Positions 52,851-64,000 of a stretch of DNA of 64,000 nucleotides are shown one piece after another. The stretch's first letter is position 1. The number at the start of each line of letters is the position of its first letter. The translations under genes were made by a program, and so were the position numbers. Source of the stretch: Raillietiella orientalis (Eukaryota); the NCBI GenBank assembly GCA_036172245.1, contig JAYWIR010000026.1, forward strand, positions 1,240,001 to 1,304,000, in the 5' to 3' direction. Below the pieces are notes generated by a model. It was not told where the DNA came from, searched no databases, and saw only the letters and a program-made list of their open reading frames with translations.

Positions 52851-53899
52851 GGATCCCTGGGTCGGATTTTCTCCTCAGCCACTTAAGATCAAAAGACCAT
52901 TCTGTTGGTTCGTAGGGTGCCGCCATCTTTGATGTCAACGCGGGAGATGCACCCTGCGTGGTCGGTCGGTTCTTCGAGAGGTCCCTCTTTGCTCTCCTCT
53001 TTCTTGCATGGACCACAATCTCTTTTCACGCCTTCGATGGTCATGGGGACCATGGATTCTTTGCTCCCCTTGCAGATGCTTTCTAAGTGGCCACACGATC
53101 CCTCATCCCTCATCCTTGCTTGCGAGGATAGTCTGGATGGTGGCCACCAACTCCCAGCGTTTCCAGAAAATCCTGCCAACCCGTCTCGTCGTTCATCTCC
53201 GCGTCAGCATGGTGTGATTGCTGACGCATCTCTCGAGGAGCGTTCAAGAGATGCTTGAGACCCTCTGCATCTCTCGCACGGGCGATCCGCGAGCGGCCCC
53301 TGTTGAGCGTCGTCCCCCCGGACAGAAGGTCGAGTCGCGCCTCACGAACAACCTGCAATCCACGGGCGTAGGCGTTCGCTGGCGGCTCGAAAATCCCTTG
53401 AAGGGAAGTCCGGGGGCGCTGCCCATCCCACGATGTGGTCCTCTCCTGACCGATCAGCGGCCTGGGTCACTTGGCGACGAGGGATGCGCCCTCCTTCCCG
53501 CCTTGAGTCGAATTGCTTGCAGGCAGGTGGTGGTTTCCTTCCTCATCGAACCCGGAGTCCTCACCAAGTGTGACCTCTGGTTCTTTTTCCTCAAACCTTT
53601 ACTTTCCAGGATGGAACTGAAAACAGGATCTAGCACCAGTTCAGATGCCGGATCCTGCCTTCACAGAGTTCGTCTTGACTTTTGGAGCATCGATTGAGAT
53701 TGAAGTAGCCCAGCTGGTCCAGGAGTCGAGAGTCACGAGAAATTCGTTCTTCGTGTTCCGAATGCCTTGAGGCAAATGGATTCCAGTTTCAAAGTTCCAG
53801 TGGTGAGACGATTCTCAAAGGAAGGAAAGGAATTGAGTCCTCGTTTCGGGTTCTCTCGTTTGCAAATGGGGAAAGAAGGATAGAGAAGCAACGTCGGGG

Positions 53900-56800
53900 G
53901 AGCCAACTCTCAGGGGAAGTCTCAACGTGCTGACCGCACTTGGGAATCCCCCCCCCCTCCTTCCACTTCTGTGAGGCCCTTCTGCTTCACTAATGACAAA
54001 TGGCTTCAATGGTCCAAAAATTTAAGAGTGCCCTCCAAGAACCCTTTGTCAAGCCCTGGAGTTCTTCCCCTGGGGCACGAAAGTATCGTAACTGACAAAT
54101 GGAGAAAACACAAATTGGACTGGATAATTCATGAGGACCGTGATCGCACTTCTTTGGTGACTGGCGCTGGAACCTCAAAGCGAACTCCGTAAGTTCGCGA
54201 TCCGAGTGGGGATCTTCGGACGCTGCACTGCTGCAAGTAGCTTCTTGCAGCAGTTCCGCTTCCGAAGATCTGCATCCTCTCTTTCCGCAAGGACTTCTCG
54301 TCAGAACGCAGTGTGGTATGCGCTGCGTGGCCTCGCACTTCCTGCATACGTCATCCAAGTCCCCGCACCGTCAAACCGCACCATAAGTTCAGGCAGATCC
54401 ACCGAGATTTCTGTTATTCAATCTTGGTGCATGAAGTAGATGCTGCAAGGGGATTCTTTGAGATTCCCAGCGTCGCTAAGTATTCAAGGACAATTCGCGT
54501 ACTTCCTAGGGGTATCGGAGAGGCTCGACGATGGCACTCGGGGGCCACTCGGAGGCTCGAATGGTTTCTCAAGCACTCACCGTCTTGTTGACCCGCCTAA
54601 CGAGTCTCGCGTTGACGGCCGTGTGGCTGCAGTCTCCGTGCGTGGTACCAAGCGAATCTCCTTCGGAAAAGGATCAAATCCGAGAAATCGAAGCCGGGTG
54701 CGTCGCGGTCTGGGTTTTGAGTCACCCCCACAGGATGACTCTGGTTGACCTATAGGCTTCGGGATGCGGCACTAGGGGAAGACGGAAACCAGAGCGTAAG
54801 AAACTCTCTGCTCCCTGCGGGGTTCTCTTCAGAGTAGTCAACGAGGAGCGGACCCCGTCCGGGTTCCCTTCAGAGAAGAGACGAGGAGCATCCTCCACAA
54901 ATCCAAGAGACCCCTCTGGAAAGAATAAGGAAGAGGTTCTCTTCGGAGGCAAACTTCCTTCTGGACGGTTTGGTACTTACTCTCCGATGGCAACACGCAG
55001 TGACACTTTTCATGGACTGGGATCTCAACCAATGTCCTCACTACTGGACCAGAGGGGAAGCGTTCCCGAACTGTGCAGATGGGGACAGACGAATCTCCCC
55101 GGTTGGTTCTTTACGCCGCAACAGCTCTCGACCGCCGGACCGCTGGAGATGCTGTGCTGCATCCGTGGAACAATCGCGCGACTCACCGCGCTGTGGAGCA
55201 ACAGGGGGCGGCCAGTCGCTTCATCCTGTCCTGATGAGATGGACAGCAATATGATCTTATCTACGTTTCGGAACCGAGGAGAACGCTTTCCGGATTGCGG
55301 AAGGCTATGAGGAAGATGCAGCACAAATTCCTGGTGACCCACCTTTCATTTAAAAAAAAAAAAAAAGCATTCGGCCTCTTATTCTGGCTAGTGAGTGGCA
55401 CGGAATGCTCCCTCGCTAAATGCTGCGGCTCCGCTCGATCATTGGGCACATGCTATCCTTTTCTTCATGTTTTCTGCCCAAGAAGGATGGACTCCCAGTT
55501 TTCCAAGCGTGTCGTCGTTCTTGAGGTCGCAGGCCCTCAGGGGTGCCATCACTTGCACATCAACCGAGGAGGCTGTCACTCCCTTTTCAGCAAACGGGAG
55601 GCCCGTTGCCTTTGCCGCGCTTCTTTCATCAGTGTTGCCACCAAGTTCTCGGGCAGTTCCGCCGAGCAGGGCGCAAGTTTCTCCGGGACTGCAAGAAGCG
55701 GCTGGTGGCGCGCGATGCTGCTCGGCACAGGAGGCGATGGCTTTCTCTTGGTTTGGGTGCTCCCCCATGAAGGAGTTGCGGGCATCAACGCAATGCGTCA
55801 GAACACGCGTGTCTCAGAGGTAAATTCGCGGCCTGTCTGCTTATCTTTCGACTGATATGTTCGGTCCTCCGTCTTCAAGTATGCAGAGTGTTCTGCATTG
55901 CGTCCGGACGTTTGGAGACCTACTGTCCATATGCTGCGTACGTGATCGGTGGCTTCGGTCATCTTTTCCAGCCAGACACGAACGCCCCGAGGTCTGCGTC
56001 TGATTGGATTCCTTTCGCGACCACCGCGCGCAGAATGTTCTTGGAGAGCTTCGTGACTACTTGATCCAGAGATGCCAGCTGTTAGAAACAGCCATCCACG
56101 GCGAAGTTATCGGGCTCGTGTGGCGGATTGAAGGGAACCAAGGCATCTCTCGGAGCGGTCTGCATATTCCTTTGCCTATTTGCTTGAAGGATCAATATGT
56201 TTCTTGGTAATTTGTCGAGCACGGTATTTTGGTGAGGATCTTTCGATGTCTGACCGGCCTTTGGTGGTGAACGAGGCTGAAAACGAAGGATGCATCCTTG
56301 ACTCTTCTTCTTTCTTCCAAGAAGACAGACCACGGTCCAATGTGCTGGACTCTTAGCATTTCGCCGGAATCAGAATAAAGGTGCATCTTCGGAATTGACG
56401 TCTGGACTCCAGCTTTGTGACCTTCGTCCTTCAGAATGCTGAAAATCAAGCTGAATCCCGACTCCAATCTGCTAGGAGGACCACATCTGCACGAGCTGGG
56501 AAATGAAGTCTCTTCCAAAGCTTCCGTAAAACTGGATTCCAGGGAACACGCCTACCTGACCCCTCTGTGGAGTCAAATGTTCCGAGAGGTTTAGAAATCC
56601 GATGGCACGGACTCATAGATGTCCTTGCGTAGATCCTCGACTGTTCTCAAAAGGGCACTTCCATCTTTCATCTTGCTGGAAACTACAGGCGGCATTCTTT
56701 CATGCGGTGTTGCTCCAAAGAAATTGGTAGAACGATAGGGGTTCAACAGATGCCTCCCTAACCCCTCCTGGTCTCCTGGATCTAGTCGAGTCTTCTTTGA

Positions 56801-57900
56801 ACTTGCCCAAGGACACCCACCCTCTTCAAAGACGAAAATGTTCCTTGATGAGGTGAGATCATGCACCTGAGAAATCTGCTGGATAAACGTCACGCATGCA
56901 ATCGATGCACGAAGTCGCCCATGGAAACTGTTTCTCTGGTTTCTCTATCCTGTCTCTAAGATAAATACGAGTAGAGCAGTGGTCCTCCGGTGATCTGACG
57001 ATCGCTCGCGTGATACTCCTGCGACTGAGCCGATTTTACTTCGGTATCTATGCACGGAATCGACGGTCTCTTCCGCTTCCGCATAGCCTCCCCGAAGATT
57101 AACGTCAAGGATGCCGGAGGGATCTTCCGCAGAAGTTCAGAATCCTCGCTCCCGAAAGCTTCCCTCAATGCAGCATTTCCTGCTGGAACTGCCCCCTTTG
57201 ACCCTCCTTGTGCTGACCACTACCCAGCAGCCTAGGAAATACCTCTGGACCATTTCCGATGTGGACGCATGGATTCTTGCCCACTAACAGGAATACCAAA
57301 AGCTCCAGGTCTAGTGACTGAGTTTTCTTTGCATCACGTCGAGTGAGATCTTTCTTCGTTTGCCTGAGGGCATCCCTGTTGATGCCCTGCCATCTTTCGC
57401 GGCATCGGCATCTTCGGAACTGGCCTCCTGCGGGTTAGTCGCCTGGCGATCAAAGCAAGGCGCCCCGCACCGATGCCGCCGATCTGCAGGCTGCCACATT
57501 TCGATGCAAAGGCCGCACCGTCCCATGAGGGAGCTTGCGGTTAGGTCGCTTCTGGGACAGCTTCAGATGCCTTGGGTTAATTCTGACACCACAAACGCGT
57601 GGATGCCCGAGCAGTTCCTTGGAGTCACCCGAAGTTCATTTTCCGCGATTCCCCACCGATTCTCCTAGGGTCGGAGTTCCCGAGGACCTTTCTGCCTGCT
57701 AGTTGGATTCCGCACTTGGGAAGATGGCGGACACGTTTGAGATCATTTCGTCTTGGTCCACGCTCACGTCCTGGTTCCTAAACCAAACTCTTCAAGCGAC
57801 CACGTGCACCAGCGTACTGTTAGTACCATGCCAGGTGCCATCCGTGGTCTCTGAAGGATTCCCCGATCCATGGGTTTTGCGTCCCTGATCGCTCAGGAGC
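53900..57900 (-). mobile_element. Decayed non-LTR retrotransposon (R1/LOA-like) with C-terminal zinc knuckle
   Basis: DDVCRKCEATQRIPHCVLTRSPC (about 54290-54358) resembles the CCHC knuckle; RT remnants LRKDIYESVPS (about 56610) and PHQNTVLDKLPRNILILQA (about 56200). Confidence 0.45.
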
Positions 57901-59699
57901 TGGAAGGAGATGAATGGGTGTAACAAGGTGGGAGATGCGCTTGATGGAGGGTTTTTCTGGATGTCACGGAAGACCCCCGGAAGGAAAGAGAGGTTAATTT
58001 GAAGACCGTTCCCGGCTCAAGGGATTCCTTGCTGAAACGACCATCTCTTCCCGTGGAGGAATCTTCACCGGAACTCCCTGGCACGCTCTTCCTGCCGATG
58101 CGAGAATCTCGTTACTCCGCGGTTCCGTCCCCACCACGTGATCAAGGACCCGCGGTCCGAGGAGGGATCGGCTGCTGCGGAATTGTGCTGCAGAACGTCT
58201 TCCGTCTGGTCCTCCGACCGTCCCTCCCCACGGAACGCGTCCTCGAACGTGTTGGGTTCTCCTCCCCTCCCCCTTCCCTTCGAGTCTGCTCCAGGGCAAA
58301 CTCCGAGAGTCGATCCGCATCCTGGAAACATCTCCCTATCAGCGACGCGCATGCGAACACCTCTGCTCGGCTGGCGCGGCTGGTTCTCGAACTCCGAGGG
58401 GGACAGGGAGTCCGGCAACACGAGATTGCTTCGTCGCTTCCCGACCTTCTCCTGGTTTCGCTTCGAGAAAGAGAGGATTCCTCGCGCGTGGAAATGCTGT
58501 ACGGCACCGAGGGGCGGGATGTCAGTCGAGCGGAGAGCGTAAGCTGCGAGGTATCACCCGAGGTTTCCGGATGCAACCCGAGCCGTCCTCGCAAGCTGTG
58601 CTCAGAACAGAGGGAACGCATCCGCCATATCCCTTGTGCTCGGGGTATTGCACCTCGTTCCCCTGCCTCCTGGTCGGCTCTTCTCTGTCGCCATGGCTAC
58701 TACTTAGGATTCCCGCTGCTTACAGTGCACTTCCTGGTTCCGAGACAGCGTGTCTCGGGGGAAGAACCGGCCTACTGGCTTTGCAGGGCGTGCTGAACGC
58801 CCTCCAAGATGGTGACACTCCGAGAAGAAAGGTAGTAAGGCTCACCCAGTCGCCACGCGGACTTCAAAGACTCACCGACGGCTGAGACGGTGATGCGTGG
58901 CGGAGGACATGCAGATGAGAGTGCAGCCTGCTCCGTGAGGACCACAGCGAATTCGGCTGTGTTCCTCAGAAGTCAAATGCGGAGGCCGGAAGGCACGAAG
59001 ACCAAGAAGGAGAAGAAGGGAGTCCAGTGGTAGACAAGAGGAAGACAGACCGCCAGGTGGAATGGCAGGCGCCTCAGAGAAAGTCGGCTACTTGCCGCCC
59101 ATCTTGGGACACGCTTCCCTTCCTGATTCATCAGCAGCTGTATCGAGGTCGCGCGGATCGTTGGCTGCAGGCTCGCATGGTCAGCTCTCAACGTCCTTGC
59201 TGCGAGCTCTCTGAAGACGGGCTGTTCGCGTGCAGCCGGCACAGCCGAGGGGACTTTTTGGCCAGCGCCGATCCGCACCGTGCTCGGATGACGCGATCAG
59301 CTGAGTCCTCTGGGAAAGTTGGGATGCGGAATGAATGCAACACTCGGGAGGAGTGGGAGAGGGAGGAAGGGAAAAAGAAAAAAAATCCTTCGTGCGTGCT
59401 CTGCGGAACAACAGAAACCGGGAAGGGAGGGGGGGAATGTTGGCCAGGTGCCCAGCCACTCTGCGAAGAGTCCGTGAGCATCGCTCCAGAACTCTCCAGC
59501 TCTTCCAGCCCTCCTCTCTCTCCTTGGTGAGTCCATTTCAAGGAATTCCTCCACTTCCTCTCCTCTCCTTCATTTTTTTTTCTTTCTCTACTCCCTCCCA
59601 CCTCTCTCTGTCAAGGCGCTCATTTCTTGGTGATTCTCCTGGAAGCGCAGCCGTGGAGGGGATCCAACGAATTTATCAGTTCAGCGTCCGAGACGCACA

Positions 59700-62600
59700 G
59701 ACGCATAAATTTTTCTCCATCCAAGGAGCGCGCTCTCGTGCAGATGAGCTCGTAAAAAGTGACACAACCTGAGATCTTCGGAGATCTCCGACTCACCTCG
59801 GGCAGAGCGGGTCCACGGTGGAATCCCTCGCTCGATCCGGAAGCCTCGTGTCCGGGGAAACTCCAGCCGAAGAGGGTCCCCGCATGTCAGAAGAGTCCCC
59901 ATGGAAGAGGCCTCTTCCTCGGTCCCGGTAAAAGTTCCCGGTAACACGGCATCGCTGGGCATCCTCTCCTCGATTCACCCGGAAGCAGCATTTCTCTTGG
60001 TAACGCCGGAAGCCACTGTCTTCCTCTTGTTTCGACCATGGACCATTCCGAGAGAGAGTCGCCGGAGAAGGGGAGAAAGCATGAGCCTCACGAAACTCGT
60101 GAGGGTGTGGAGGAAGGATGGTTTCCTCCCCCTCCGGGATGAAAATGGCTCCCGGGACGGGCATCTCAATCACGCCACCTGCTCGTGGCGCGACTGGCGT
60201 GGATACCCGCGGATCTAGGCGGATTTCGTGAATGCAGGGCGAGTAGATATTTGAGGAATAAATCATTCTCGAGAACTCTTAATTTTGGTTTCCAGGACAC
60301 CCGCTCCCCCCACTTCCCTGCCGTCTTCTCCCTCTTCCCCCTTCAGGGCTCCCCCGCGATTCACAACCACTCTGAAAGGCGAGGAAGTGAAGTCGCCTCT
60401 CGGAGCGCCGAAGGACCTAGAGAGGACGGAGCACCGAATTTCTCCCGCCTTGCTGGGAGGCTGCGCGTGCCCGAGCCTCCTCCGCAGCTCCCATTGATGG
60501 AGATTCTCCGAGGAACTCACTGGCTTCTCAGAGATCACACGTCTGAACCATCGTGCCGGACCATCGGCTCCGTGGATCGCAGCAGTCACTACGGCCTCCG
60601 CATCGGCCAGTAGGGTAAGGGCGAACCGCGGGAGTGCGAAGAGGGCCGCTCTCCGAGCGAACTTACGGAGGCACCCCCGGATTCCAGGACAACTCCTGGT
60701 CACTCTGGTTCTGGAGCATCGACTCTCATCTCGCCCTGACCAGGATCTGGAGGGGAAGACGGATCGTCCGCTCCCCCCTTCCTACATTTAAACCAATCGG
60801 GTAGGTGGGGTCCCCTTCTCCCCCTTCGTGCCGATGCGTGGGAGGCAAGACAGAGCGTCCTTCGTTTGTTCTCGCCCTTCGCTTGCGGCGTTCTCCCTCC
60901 TGCGTCGCACACTGATCGCCAGGCGGACGGAGGATGGTCACCAGACAGAGAGAGACGGATCTCCGGAATCTTCCTTGCGTGCTTCTCTGCCCTCCCCGCC
61001 CAGTGAGCGAACTCACGATCCCTTTAGCCTTTCAGGGCTCTTCCCCACCGCTCCTTCGCTTCCGTTTCCATGGCTGCGAGCGTTCGACGTTCCTCGCGTT
61101 CCAGATGAACGGATGTGCCCGCTTTGCCGATGGGCATCCCTCTCCTCCCTAGCAGGTCCCCAGTGTCTCCCCCGCTGAAAGCGCTCGCTCCGAGACCACC
61201 TCCCTCCCCACTCCGCTTCCCTGACCTCCCGGAGTAGCCTCAGTGGGAGGGACGTGGGTCGACCAGAGCGAGGTCAAGCCGGCAGCAGAGTGCGGGACAC
61301 CTCGCGCGCGCGATTTCGTGCGAACCAGCCCATCGCGTGGCTCGCACATCCCATGGAGTCGACACGCCTCGCAATGCCACCGCGTGCAGAAGCAGCACGC
61401 GGCACGCGAGGTCCAGCATGCCTTCCCCGCTCTCTTCGCCCTGCGAGATCACGAATTCCCCTCCTGCCCCTCCTAGCTCTTTGTTCGCCCCCCTGACCAC
61501 TCGCAGCCGGAGATCTCTTGCCGAGGTGCTCGCCTTCCGGAATTCCCTGCTTATGGTGAGGTAGCAGCATCCCTAGGCACTGGACCGCTCTCTGCGAGCC
61601 TTTGCTCCGCTCCGGTCCTAGGACACGATCTGGCTTGCTGCCTTCCCCACCTTCCCTGCGCGACCGTTGCGGAGAGATGCAAGGAGGAGGAAAATCGAAA
61701 GATGCTGTGGATGTGCATCGGCACCTTTCCCTCTGCCAGAGCTCCGAGGCGGAGAGGCTCTCGCGAAGAGCGAGATGGCATGGGGAGGACGGCTGCGCCT
61801 AGGCCCTCCGGACACGTCCTGTTTTGCCAGCTTTGGCCTCGCCCGCCGCTGGAGAGGCCGTCGGCGGCTTCGTCTTCCCGGAATGCTTTCGGAGACGCCC
61901 ACCGGTAGTCGGCCACGAGCCTTGAGACCTCCGCACCGGCGAGGGTCCCGAAGTGCCCCTGAATCATCACGGGGGATGAGCAGAGAAATCCCCTCCCTCC
62001 TCCCGAATCCCGCAGAAGAGACTAGGCATCGACGAGAAGTTGGTGTTTCGGGCCATCGGTCCAGATGGCAGGTTCCTGAGGACCTAGCAGATACTCCGAT
62101 GGGCCTCCTCATCTCGGACCGCTCATTTAAATACATGAAATTTATGCATCTCAAGATGGATCGATAGGGACCGCCCGAAATTAAAGGGGGAAGAGGAAGA
62201 GGAACGGAACTGGGGTAGGGGGAGTGAAGGGGGAGACGGGAGGTTGATAGATAAAGAAATAGGGAATGAAATGGAAAGGCCCTCTGTGCTCAACACGATT
62301 TCCGAGGGTCCGATTTGAGACGGGACGAGGAAAGGGTCCGCTCCATCGTTCGAGGATCCCCTCGTAATCCACATCCTAGGTTGGACCGTTTCAACACCCT
62401 CGCCATGCAGGGGATGGAGGTCGCACCCTCTCTCTGTTAGTGACAGAAGAGACGGTGGTCGGAGAGGGAGGCAACTGGAAGCCCTAAAGGAGCGGACACC
62501 CTTTTGAACGGGGGCTCCATTCCCGAGCGGACAGCATTGGGAAGCCGGGGTGCCCTTCCAGCACCCGTTGCTTCAGGGTTCCCGCCATCTTGCAGCGAGT

Positions 62601-64000
62601 GTACTCCTTGGACACTCCTCCCCTCTCCGAAACTCCTCATAGGCGGCCTCAGCGCGGCAGTGAGAGGGCGGCACGCAAAAGGGAGGTCAGGAGGCTCCCT
62701 CCGGTACCTCGAAGATTCCTGGGAGAATGCTGAGGAGCTCGGTCGAGAGCGAGGACTGGGTGCTGAGAGATGGTCCGATCGGAGATCTCTCCTGAATGTT
62801 CGAAGAGCTTCCATCAGACCGACTGGGGCGACGCTCAATGATCTTTGATTAGCGATGACGGATGAGCGGCGCTTCCAAGACGACGGCCGGCGACGATCCT
62901 CTGGCCCGATTGAATGCGAGTCCTTCGGAAGTGCGCCGCTGGCTCTGCGTTCCACCTCCGCATCGACCGTGGAGGCAACGCCTCCACGTCGGAGCCGGAC
63001 GCTGCCGTCTTCCTCCCTCCTCCCCTGGACCACTCGTTCAACGGAGGTAACGCAGAGAGAACAGCAGCAGCGCTCTTCTCCTGCTTGGATCACAGGATCT
63101 GGGAGCCCGACGACACCGACAGGGAGAAATGACCAGCCGACGGAGAGTTGATGGCTCCGCATGAGACGCGGGCAACGCACCACGGGTACGGCGGCGGCCC
63201 CTCTCTCGATCAACATCCGGCGATCGGCTGGGTCCTGCTTCATCTCTCCGGAATCTCGTCTTCCTCCTTTGGAGATCTTAAGCTGGAGTTCTGGTCTCCC
63301 TGCGCATCTCTCAGTCGCTTCTTCCTCCTCCCCTCATCTGGTCGAGAGCTGCAATTGACAGAACCCCTTGGGAAAGGAAGGTTGTGAGGAGGGGACGTGG
63401 TGGAATGTGGGACTTTTGGAAGATGGAGACGGGGACTGCCCTGTGCCCTGGAATTATATCGTCCTGAAGGCCCCGTTTGGCATTCGGGAACCGGGGCGAG
63501 GCAGATGCAGCCTCGCTCCAGGTCGCACTCACATCCGCCACTGCTCTCCAAGGAGGCCAGCCTCCAGGCGAGCCCAGGAGGACTCCATGCGAACAGGCAC
63601 AGGTTTGGTTCCCGCGCAATAGGGAGGACCGAAAGGAGGACTACTTTCAGGGATGAGGACCAAGCCGTCCTCTCCGGGGGGGCTTCTCGACTACTATCGA
63701 GGAACGCGGAAGCAGTTTGGAGGGCACATCACACGCCCACGCGCTCTACCAAGAGGCTGAGCCCAGCTTCCGGAGATTCCCCCGGAAGGTTGGCGCCGCC
63801 CGCGGCACGAACTGGCAAATCGCGCCGCCCTTTTCCCTTGAAGCTCCGGCGTCGCTGATGCTCCGATGGCGCTTCCCTGGAAACTCCCGCCGGAGTCACC
63901 GGATCGGTAGGGGAGGGAGTGGGGAATCCGAGATGATATCCGAAGGTGCGGAGAACGAGGACCACCGCCTCTCCCGCGCCTGCTCGTGAGCTGCGTTGCC
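59700..64000 (-). mobile_element. Decayed non-LTR retrotransposon (ORF1 Cys-rich remnant, APE, RT)
   Basis: VVRCPRLMRSH..CCCSLC (63050-63185, gag-knuckle-like); RCINFMYLN..DRWPETP (62040-62154, APE start-like); SCPGIRG, ARWFRRVISEKP, MLSPLL (60060-60700). Confidence 0.35.

Overview
Eukaryotic (animal, probably invertebrate) nuclear DNA; no CRISPR array, rRNA or tRNA is supportable. Two confident genes, both on the + strand: a single-coding-exon SLC35G1-like EamA transporter (7016-8017) and a 22-exon SMG6/EST1A NMD endonuclease (27592-44591) with two EJC-binding motifs, an EST1/14-3-3-like domain and an intact PIN domain. A possible unknown spliced gene on the - strand (about 44747-46756) converges on the SMG6 3' end. 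Much of the rest is non-LTR retrotransposon debris: one relatively young L1/Tx1-like copy (+, about 10750-14884) and several heavily decayed - strand copies. Most notable observations: a 235-bp LINE 3' end inserted with a 16-bp target-site duplication into the endonuclease active site of a related LINE, the two sharing an AATAAA+hairpin terminus; a double palindrome built on (TA)n tracts in SMG6 intron 19; a CpG-depleted to CpG-rich switch inside SMG6; and a splice junction in SMG6 whose strongest-looking acceptors would create an NMD substrate. All calls come from manual reading and motif recall, not database searches.
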